A DNA stretch of 9,662 nt, taken from positions 1 to 9,662 of the forward strand of contig JAQGDQ010001228.1 of assembly GCA_030141605.1 (NCBI GenBank), given 5' to 3'. The notes under the pieces were generated by a model, which saw nothing but the letters and a program-made list of their open reading frames with translations, searched no databases and was not told where the DNA came from. This document shows positions 1 to 9,006 of the stretch, piece by piece. Made by a program: the position numbers and the translations under genes. Origin of the DNA: Tubiluchus corallicola. Lineage: Eukaryota > Animalia > Priapulida. Numbering within the stretch: the stretch's first letter is position 1; every line of letters begins with the position of its first letter.

Positions 1-324
1 AATACAAAATTGAGATAAAAAATTTAAATTTACGTCACCAGGGAGTTAAAATCAGCAATTTGAAAAAATAATATTTAGAATGCACATTTGAATTTACAAT
101 AGAGAGCATTGCAAATTTATTTTTGGAATTAAAAACCCGCTATCTTAGACTATTATGGTTGCATTTTTGCTCAAGTACAAGAGATACAGCAGACCAAAGT
201 TAACACACATATATTAGTTGCGCTATAAGTAAACATAAGCGAAAACAGACTACGAATGCCATTATTATAAGAAACTCTTATCCGTTTAATACATCATTGC
301 TGAAATTGTTCTGAACACGAATAC

Positions 325-500
325 TAGTTTATTTCCATCAAAGCACAAATTACGTCACAGAAAATGCGAAATAGAACGTTGCTCCGTGTCGCCACCTGGC
401 AAGCAACGCGAAACTACTGCTAAAATAAATTTGGCTCCATCTAACGGAAAAAACAGAAACCAAGCTACAACAGTATCAAAATCTTAGTTTATTTTCATCA
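325..500. repeat. 16-bp dispersed direct repeat pair
   Basis: TAGTTTATTTCCATCA at 325-340 and TAGTTTATTTTCATCA at 485-500: 15/16 identical, 160 bp apart. Confidence 0.6.
389..447 (-). promoter_or_regulatory. Two CTCF-like motifs
   Basis: Minus strand reads CCAGGTGGCGA (399-389) and CCGTTAGATGGAGC (447-434), resembling the CTCF core YAGRKGGCGC. Motif resemblance only. Confidence 0.3.
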
Positions 501-529
501 TACTAATAAGCCTTTTCACAGTTTCGTTA

Positions 530-740
530 TGCGCACGCGCAATTGCTGCAGGTCAAAGTATACCACAGCAACAACCTACAACCGTCACGTGACATGTGGG
601 AAAAACAAAGCCGTTTGTTGCGACAGTTCAGCACCGTCAGTTGTTTTACGTGGACTTTACTTAATTATGCATTAGTCTGTGTGTTGAGTGGTTTAGTAGT
701 AGGATCTTGCTTGGGCAGAAGAAAAACTGAACTAGGTAAG
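530..740 (+). promoter_or_regulatory. Candidate Pol II promoter and non-coding first exon
   Basis: TGCGCACGCGCA (530-541) fits the NRF1/Ewg consensus YGCGCAYGCGCR; palindrome GTCACGTGAC (584-593) is the CLEAR/USF-type E-box; TCAGTT (637-642) fits the arthropod Inr TCAKTY; AG|GTAAG at 735|736 is a consensus splice donor. Locally CpG-richer than flanks. No DPE match at +28. Confidence 0.35.
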
Positions 741-1372
741 GTTCTAGCTCTCTGACAAAATTGTTACTATTACAATAGCATGGGCTGCGAGGCGTTGTCA
801 AGTGTACACAAATGCGTTGACGGTACACTTAACCTTTGACCTTTTCACGATCATCGTCAATCGCTGGAAATGTGAAAATGCTTTTTAGTATAAAATTTTA
901 GACCTATAAGTCAATTACCTAGTGTAGTAGTGGAACAATGAAAAAACTACTGAGTTTAATTTACCTACCAGATCTTTAACAAACCTAGAAAATTTAATAC
1001 ATGAACTGTCATAATTCATTATGCATTCAAGATTAATTATATTATGTGTGTATAAGTATGTGTGCAGAGTATATCATTATCGTGTCATATCATTGCAAGA
1101 TAAAATGTAATGAAATTCTTCTTTATTTCTTTCACATGAGTGACAAAGATATCTAGCTTCACGGATATCTTGAGTAACATTAGCAACAGGAATTAATGAA
1201 CTACGAATTCAAAATTTAAGTAGATATATTGCACAGGTAGATTAATTAAATATTTTTCTAGAGCAATAGGCTATTACTCATTTAGTTTCGGTTTGAGTAT
1301 AGAATCAGACACATATTGAAATTGTGTTAGCTTAGTATTTGCCTAGTATTAAATACACATGTAAGGTGAACC

Positions 1373-1382
1373 GCGCCATCTG
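1373..1382 (-). promoter_or_regulatory. CTCF-like core motif
   Basis: GCGCCATCTG on + reads CAGATGGCGC on -, an exact fit to YAGRKGGCGC, standing out in AT-rich DNA about 150 bp left of the large array. Confidence 0.35.
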
Positions 1383-1529
1383 GAGTAGCATTAAGAAAAT
1401 GTTCTCCTCATACGTAAATAGACTTTTGTATTGTGCAAAGAAATTTTAGCATTATTCAATCATTTAAACTTTGCTATCAGGATTACAAGATGAAGAGAGA
1501 CTGTTGGCTAGTTTATCTGCTCATAACGA

Positions 1530-4500
1530 GTGTTTCTTGTTATTTCTGCAATGTCTCAATGAGAGTTTAAACTGGGCGCTTGCTATGTTCATTTCTTCAT
1601 AAATAAACTGCTCATGGTGTTTCTCGTTATTTCTGCAATGTCTCAATGAGAGTTTAAACTGGGCGCTTGCTATGTTCATTTCTTCATAAATAAACTGCTC
1701 ATGGTGTTTCTTGTTTATTTCTGCAATATCTCAATGAGAGTTTAAACTGGGCGCTTGCTATGTTCATTTCTTCATAAATAAACTGCTCATGGTGTTTCTC
1801 GTTATTTCTGCAATGTCTCAATGAGAGTTTAAACTGGGCGCTTGCTATGTTCATTTCTTCATAAATAAACTGCTCATGGTGTTTCTTGTTTATTTCTGCA
1901 ATATCTCAATGAGAGTTTAAACTGGGCGCTTGCTATGTTCATTTCTTCATAAATAAACTGCTCATGGTGTTTCTCGTTATTTCTGCAATATCTCAATGAG
2001 AGTTTAAACTGGGCGCTTGCTATGTTCCTTTCTTCATAAATAAACTGCTCATGGTGTTTCTCGTTATTTCTGCAATATCTCAATGAGAGTTTAAACTGGG
2101 CGCTTGCTATGTTCATTTCTTCATAAATAAACTGCACATGGTGTTTCTTGTTTATTTCTGCAATGTCTCAATGAGAGTTTAAACTGGGCGCTTGCTATGT
2201 TCCTTTCTTCATAAATAAACTGCTCATGGTGTTTCTCGTTATTTCTGCAATATCTCAATGAGAGTTTAAACTGGGCGCTTGCTATGTTCATTTCTTCATA
2301 AATAAACTGCTCATGGTGTTTCTTGTTTATTTCTGCAATATCTCAATGAGAGTTTAAACTGGGCACTTGCTATGTTCCTTTCTTCATAAATAAACTGCTC
2401 ATGGTGTTTCTCGTTATTTCTGCAATGTCTCAATGAGAGTTTAAACTGGGCGCTTGCTATGTTCATTTCTTCATAAATAAACTGCTCATGGTGTTTCTTG
2501 TTTATTTCTGCAATATCTCAATGAGAGTTTAAACTGGGCACTTGCTATGTTCCTTTCTTCATAAATAAACTGCTCATGGTGTTTCTCGTTATTTCTGCAA
2601 TGTCTCAATGAGAGTTTAAACTGGGCGCTTGCTATGTTCATTTCTTCATAAATAAACTGCTCATGGTGTTTCTTGTTTATTTCTGCAATATCTCAATGAG
2701 AGTTTAAACTGGGCACTTGCTATGTTCCTTTCTTCATAAATAAACTGCTCATGGTGTTTCTCGTTATTTCTGCAATGTCTCAATGAGAGTTTAAACTGGG
2801 CGCTTGCTATGTTCATTTCTTCATAAATAAACTGCTCATTGTGTTTCTCGTTATTTCTGCAATGTCTCAATGAGAGTTTAAACTGGGCGCTTGCTATGTT
2901 CCTTTCTTCATAAATAAACTGCTCATGGTGTTTCTCGTTATTTCTGCAATGTCTCAATGAGAGGTTAAACTGGGCGCTTGCTATGTTCATTTCTTCATAA
3001 ATAAACTGCTCATGGTGTTTCTCGTTATTTCTGCAATGTCTCAATGAGAGGTTAAACTGGGCGCTTGCTATGTTCCTTTCTTCATAAATAAACTGCTCAT
3101 GGTGTTTCTCGTTATTTCTGCAATGTCTCAATGAGAGTTTAAACTGGGCGCTTGCTATGTTCCTTTCTTCATAAATAAACTGCTCATGGTGTTTCTCGTT
3201 ATTTCTGCAATATCTCAATGAGAGTTTAAACTGGGCGCTTGCTATGTTCATTTCTTCATAAATAAACTGCTCATGGTGTTTCTCGTTATTTCTGCAATGT
3301 CTCAATGAGAGGTTAAACTGGGCGCTTGCTATGTTCATTTCTTCATAAATAAACTGCTCATGGTGTTTCTCGTTATTTCTGCAATGTCTCAATGAGAGTT
3401 TAAACTGGGCGCTTGCTATGTTCATTTCTTCATAAATAAACTGCTCATGGTGTTTCTCGTTATTTCTGCAATATCTCAATGAGAGTTTAAACTGGGCACT
3501 TGCTATGTTCCTTTCTTCATAAATAAACTGCTCATGGTGTTTCTCGTTATTTCTGCAATGTCTCAATGAGAGTTTAAACTGGGCGCTTGCTATGTTCCTT
3601 TCTTCATAAATAAACTGCTCATGGTGTTTCTCGTTATTTCTGCAATGTCTCAATGAGAGTTTAAACTGGGCGCTTGCTATGTTCATTTCTTCATAAATAA
3701 ACTGCTCATGGTGTTTCTCGTTATTTCTGCAATGTCTCAATGAGAGTTTAAACTGGGCGCTTGCTATGTTCATTTCTTCATAAATAAACTGCTCATGGTG
3801 TTTCTTGTTTATTTCTGCAATATCTCAATGAGAGTTTAAACTGGGCGCTTGCTATGTTCATTTCTTCATAAATAAACTGCTCATTGTGTTTCTCGTTATT
3901 TCTGCAATGTCTCAATGAGAGTTTAAACTGGGCGCTTGCTATGTTCCTTTCTTCATAAATAAACTGCTCATGGTGTTTCTCGTTATTTCTGCAATGTCTC
4001 AATGAGAGGTTAAACTGGGCGCTTGCTATGTTCCTTTCTTCATAAATAAACTGCTCATGGTGTTTCTCGTTATTTCTGCAATGTCTCAATGAGAGTTTAA
4101 ACTGGGCGCTTGCTATGTTCCTTTCTTCATAAATAAACTGCTCATGGTGTTTCTCGTTATTTCTGCAATGTCTCAATGAGAGTTTAAACTGGGCGCTTGC
4201 TATGTTCCTTTCTTCATAAATAAACTGCTCATGGTGTTTCTCGTTATTTCTGCAATATCTCAATGAGAGTTTAAACTGGGCGCTTGCTATGTTCATTTCT
4301 TCATAAATAAACTGCTCATTGTGTTTCTCGTTATTTCTGCAATGTCTCAATGAGAGTTTAAACTGGGCACTTGCTATGTTCCTTTCTTCATAAATAAACT
4401 GCTCATGGTGTTTCTCGTTATTTCTGCAATATCTCAATGAGAGTTTAAACTGGGCGCTTGCTATGTTCCTTTCTTCATAAATAAACTGCTCATTGTGTTT

Positions 4501-5009
4501 CTCGTTATTTCTGCAATATCTCAATGAGAGGTTAAACTGGGCGCTTGCTATGTTCATTTCTTCATAAATAAACTGCTCATTGTGTTTCTCGTTATTTCTG
4601 CAATGTCTCAATGAGAGTTTAAACTGGGCACTTGCTATGTTCCTTTCTTCATAAATAAACTGCTCATGGTGTTTCTCGTTATTTCTGCAATGTCTCAATG
4701 AGAGGTTAAACTGGGCGCTTGCTATGTTCCTTTCTTCATAAATAAACTGCTCATGGTGTTTCTCGTTATTTCTGCAATGTCTCAAAGAGAGTTTAAACTG
4801 GGCGCTTGCTATGTTCCTTTCTTCATAAATAAACTGCTCATGGTGTTTCTCGTTATTTCTGCAATGTCTCAAAGAGAGTTTAAACTGGGCGCTTGCTATG
4901 TTCCTTTCTTCATAAATAAACTGCACATGGTGTTTCTTGTTTATTTCTGCAATATCTCAATGACAGTTTAAACTGGGCGCTTGCTATGTTCCTTTCTTCA
5001 TAAATAAAC
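1530..5009. repeat. 87/88-bp tandem minisatellite, 40 units (last truncated to 80 bp)
   Basis: Consensus GTGTTTCTCGTTATTTCTGCAATRTCTCAATGAGAGTTTAAACTGGGCGCTTGCTATGTTCMTTTCTTCATAAATAAACTGCTCATG. Units start at 1530, 1617, 1704 ... 4843, 4930. Eight units (3, 5, 8, 10, 12, 14, 27, 40) carry the +1-bp TTGTTTATT variant. Head-to-tail, no spacers. Confidence 0.99.
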
Positions 5010-5122
5010 ACTTGTCTGGGACACTACAAGGAAAACATGTCACGAATAATAGGTTTTAGACAAAAATCATTCCAGCTGGTTATATTCCAGTTCAATTATA
5101 ATTCTGACGCTAGTTTTTGGTG

Positions 5123-5152
5123 AATAATAATAATAATAATAATAACAACAAC

Positions 5153-5230
<78 letters not shown>
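5123..5230. repeat. Compound trinucleotide microsatellite (AAT)7(AAC)3(AAT)26
   Basis: Directly read: AAT x7 at 5123-5143, AAC x3 at 5144-5152, AAT x26 at 5153-5230. Confidence 0.99.
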
Positions 5231-5231
<1 letters not shown>

Positions 5232-5410
5232 GTTTATTCTTTAAAACGCAGTCCATCTAAAGATCTCAGTTCTTTATGCAATAAAATTAAAAGAGATAAA
5301 AAATCACGAAATCAAACGCAATAAAAAGAATTATGTAGTTACAAATTTAAAAGAAATAGCTGCGTATGCGCCGAATAAAGATTTACAGTTACAGTTTACA
5401 GTAAAAATAG
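5123..5410 (-). mobile_element. Possible 3' end of a non-LTR retroelement (right boundary approximate)
   Basis: Minus strand reads T-rich DNA with TGTAAACTGTAACTGTAAA, then AATAAA (5238-5233), CT and directly (ATT)n, a layout typical of LINE/SINE tails. No RT remnant or TSD recognised. Confidence 0.3.
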
Positions 5411-5490
5411 TTAGAACAGTTATAATTTAAAATTTATAGGTCAAAATTTGCACAAAAATGAATAGAATGTTTACAAATGAAAATACAGAG

Positions 5491-5514
5491 CTTAAATTAA
5501 TATCTTAATTTAAG
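5491..5514. repeat. Perfect 10-bp inverted repeat with 4-nt spacer
   Basis: CTTAAATTAA-TATC-TTAATTTAAG, at the start of a nearly pure A/T tract running to about 5560. Confidence 0.8.
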
Positions 5515-6768
5515 TCAAAAATTAAATTTAAATTTGATTTAATTAAACTAAATTAAATTAATGAATACACCTACAATATTCATCAATAAGTTGTCACGGA
5601 CGAAAAGTTTGCTCTGGGGAGAATCGATAACTGAGTCGTCATTTTTATAAATTTCACAAGCTCAACACGCATGTCATGTTCGTTAACACCTAATTTCATC
5701 AATCTTTTCATTAAAATTGAAACGTATTTGCAGCTGTGTGATAGAAGGCAACAAACTTAAAGGACAAGAAAAGTTTTAAATTTTGTTTCATGTTAAATTT
5801 CATTTTAAATTTCCCGGGACACTGTTCCGAAGTCGCCATTACATGATGTCACTACGCACAACATAAATCAGGGAAAGAAAAGGAAATGTTAAACTATGTC
5901 CCAAAAAAAACTTTCAAAGGTAAAATTATATTACTTAGCATTTTGCTTACCTGCTTGAAAGACTTATGTAATTAGAAAAAAAATAATTATTTAAAATACT
6001 TTCACCAATTGGAAAATGTCGCTGACTCACCCTCCAGGGTGCGCCACTCGCTAACAAAAAACGCATTTTTAATCTTATTGACAAGATACAGTAATTTTAA
6101 ATTTTATTTAGTTAGTGACGTGTGCGCTATGAATGCCCTGATTATTTTTTCAAACTTTACAGAATATTATCTAAAGTTGTTTCGAATGACTTATCGTCAA
6201 AATGGCTGCATCTAATGGGTCATCGCGGGAGTTTAAATTTACATGTTTTATACAGTGTTACTGCCGACGCAAGTCTAATATTTCTATGTCATTGTTTGTA
6301 CTTACTAATTAAAGTAACTTAACAGAAACTGACTTGATTTAATGAGCAACTTGGCCGCATATATTACTACTCTTGATTACAGATGGCAGTGAAAATTGAA
6401 ACAGTAAATCGATACATCTATACTGTCAATCTCTAGGATATATACTTTTACATCAGATTTAGATTAACACGATCAAAGTGAAAAGTGGTTAGGTGCTGTA
6501 ATGTATTAGATAGGTGACCAATGTGGTAGACATTGTTACACATAGATAGATTATTAAACAGAAGTAAAAGATGAAATGCAGATAGGTATTATGTTAAACC
6601 ATGTACAGAACAAGAAATCTTAAAATTCCATTGATTACGCAAAGAGTGTAGCCTATATAGAACATAATTATCAGGTTTCAATATCATTCCACATTCACAC
6701 CTTACACAACAGACAACAGTGTATTGCAGACACTTGTAGCTTTCCATTACATGCAACTAGAGCCCCAG

Positions 6769-6990
6769 TGTAGTAGCAGTTAGCATCTTTGCTAGCATCT
6801 ACGAATTAGTCTAGAATGGTGCCAAAACTAGTAGCAACAGGGCTGAGAGATTGCTTCCAAACACAAACATTGCACAACATTGCACAACATTGCACAACAA
6901 CACAACATCCACCGTGATACCTCGCCTTGTATCTCAGATATGTTGGAGAATTCTGAAGCTTAACTTAAACTTAAACACTCCACGTACACA
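6769..6990. mobile_element. Possible short solo LTR (222 bp)
   Basis: Starts TGTAG, ends TACACA, flanked by CCCAG (6764-6768) and GCCAG (6991-6995), a 4/5 match; contains several short internal repeats. No canonical AATAAA, PBS or PPT seen. Confidence 0.2.
6866..6899. repeat. 10-bp tandem repeat (AACATTGCAC) x3.4
   Basis: Perfect copies at 6866, 6876 and 6886 plus AACA. Confidence 0.95.
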
Positions 6991-7658
6991 GCCAGAGTCA
7001 GGCAACCTCGGCATTTTCTAGAAAATTCCTTAAACCATTTTCTAAGATTTCATCTGCTTTGTAATGATATTCATTGTTATATGAACATCTCAAGTATTTA
7101 CTAGATCATTATCTTTTTGAAACAAACAACATTAACGTCTTTTTTCTTATAGAACCCACGTTTTTATGAATAACTATATAAAACTGAACTGATATAAGTA
7201 CTGTGAAACTCTCAACATATAAACTGTATAACTGTATGACCATATTTGACTGTATGGTTAATGGCTTTGAAATTACCTTGCGCCAGACAATATGAATGTG
7301 TTGTTAATTGAGTTTCGTAATAAACAGTATGAAGCTGAAATAATTACTGCAATACTTTTTACACATATAAGTGCATTAAGGCTAATATAGTCACATATAG
7401 TGACTTTGAAAATAGTCTTGTAAGACGAAACATTCCAAAAACGTGTTTTGTGTTTTGCACAATTTGGGCAAACTAGTGTTATACATCAATTCATTACACA
7501 CATGATGAGAGATCAATGATATCACTTCACATAACGGCTTTGCTAACTTTTGTGCATTCAGGCAGAACCACAACAGGCTGGTTGCGACGGTTTTTGAAAA
7601 TATTAAAACCAAACTTATTTGCATTAAAAGTATTCAATAATTATTCAAAAAGTATTCA

Positions 7659-8542
7659 AGTAAACGGTGCACTTTTGAGTGCCCAAAACAAGAGTAAATG
7701 GTGCACTTTTGAGTGCCCAAAACAAGAGTAAACGGTGCACTTTTGAGTGCCCAAAACAAGAGTAAACGGTGCACTTCTGAGTGCCCAAAACAAGAGTAAA
7801 CGGTGCATTTTTTAGTGCCCAAAACAAGAGTAAACGGTGCATTTTTGAGTGCCCAAAACAAGAGTAAACGGCGCATTTTTTGTGCCCAAAACAAGAGTAA
7901 ACGGTGCATTTTTTAGTGCCCAAAACAAGAGTAAACGGTGCATTTTTCAGTGCCCAAAACAAGAGTAAACGGTGCATTTTTCTGTGCCCAAAACAAGAGT
8001 AAACGGTGCATTTTTTAGTGCCCAAAACAAGAGTAAACGGTGCATTTTTTAGTGCCCAAAACAAGAGTAAACGGTGCATTTTTCAGTGCCCAAAACAAGA
8101 GTAAACGGTGCATTTTTCTGTGCCCAAAACAAGAGTAAACGGTGCATTTTTTAGTGCCCAAAACAAGAGTAAACGGCGCATTTTTGAGTGCCCAAAACAA
8201 GAGTAAACGGTGCATTTTTTAGTGCCCAAAACAAGAGTAAACGGTGCATTTTTGAGTGCCCAAAACAAGAGTAAACGGCGCATTTTTGAGTGCCCAAAAC
8301 AAGTGTAAACGGTGCTTTTTTTAGTGCCCAAAACAAGAGTAAACGGTGCATTTTTGAGTGCCCAAAACAAGAGTAAACGGTGCATTTTTAGTGCCCAAAA
8401 CAAGAGTAAACGGTGCATTTTTCAGTGCCCAAAACAAGAGTAAACGGCGCATTTTTGAGTGCCCAAAACAAGAGTAAACGGTGCATTTTTTAGTGCCCAA
8501 AACAAGAGTAAACGGTGCGTTTTTGGTGCCCAAAACAAGAGT
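7659..8542. repeat. 34-bp tandem minisatellite, 26 units
   Basis: Consensus AGTAAACGGTGCATTTTTKAGTGCCCAAAACAAG. Units start at 7659, 7693 ... 8473, 8507; units 7, 22 and 26 are 33 bp. Variation is concentrated in and around the T-run. No spacers. Confidence 0.99.
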
Positions 8543-8614
8543 GCATCTCTCGCATGCAGAGCTCCTCACATTTGCAATTATAATATGACAATGAAACAAT
8601 GACTTCACAATATG

Positions 8615-9006
8615 CAGGGGCGTATTAACTATTAAGCTAACTAGACTATCGCCTAGGACGCCAAAGTTTAAGGGCCTCACATTTTAGAAAAATATCTTAT
8701 TCTCCTCGAAAAACATGTATGCTTTCATATTCATTTACATTTTATAACACACCACAGGCAGTTACTGAGCTCAGCTTTTATATAAGTGCCACATAACGAA
8801 CAGGTGCAAGGTATTACACAACAAGCAATGCGCAGCCTTTTAATATAAGCAAATGCAAATACATGTAATTAATAATGACCACGTAGAAACTAAGTTAATA
8901 GTTTCAAAAACACCACAAGTAATTGTCATTACATAAACAACTATAAATTCACGATAGAGATGGGCGAGACAGAACTAGGGCGTCGTAAAGTCTTCATACG
9001 CCCTTG
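8615..9006. mobile_element. Non-autonomous hAT-superfamily MITE, 392 bp
   Basis: Left TIR CAGGGGCGTAT (8615-8625), right TIR ATACGCCCTTG (8996-9006), 10/11 complementary. Perfect 8-bp direct repeat ACAATATG at 8607-8614 and 9007-9014. Related subterminal motifs CTAGGACGCC and CTAGGGCGTC. AT-rich non-coding interior. An 8-bp TSD with short TIRs beginning CAG is characteristic of hAT elements. Confidence 0.88.

Noticed and set aside
1-320. Possible transposon remnant at the window start, with TTACGTCAC repeated at about 30 and 350
   Set aside because: No terminal repeat or TSD can be identified and the left side is cut by the window edge.
1874-4971. ORFs of 87, 370, 377 and 72 aa as real CDS
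   Set aside because: All lie inside the minisatellite, start and stop at repeat-internal positions, are broken by recurrent +1 frameshifts and show no excess of silent changes.
1530-5009. CRISPR-like repeat/spacer array or diversity cassette system
   Set aside because: The entire 87 bp is repeated; variation is limited to a few biallelic sites, and no recombinase, RT or expression locus is visible.
1530-5009. 13-unit higher-order repeat suggested by TTG-type units at 1, 14, 27 and 40
   Set aside because: Variant patterns of units 14-26 and 27-39 do not match position by position, so the equal spacing is probably coincidence.
6028-6041. CACCCT-CC-AGGGTG hairpin as a Helitron 3' end or terminator
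   Set aside because: No CTRR terminus at the expected distance, no T-tract, and the stem is short.
7659-8542. CRISPR array (34-bp repeat with a hairpin)
   Set aside because: Units are contiguous with no unique spacers, there are no cas genes, and the context looks eukaryotic.
1530-8542. Common ancestry of the two minisatellites (shared TGGGCACT, TCTTGTTT, TAAAC.G words)
   Set aside because: Matches are 8 bp or shorter, depend on minor alleles and are not consistently collinear or co-oriented.
7634-8680. Overlapping minus-strand ORFs (MHRLLLFWALKNAPF...)
   Set aside because: The 34-bp unit is not a multiple of 3, so the same peptide cycles through all three frames; a repeat artefact.
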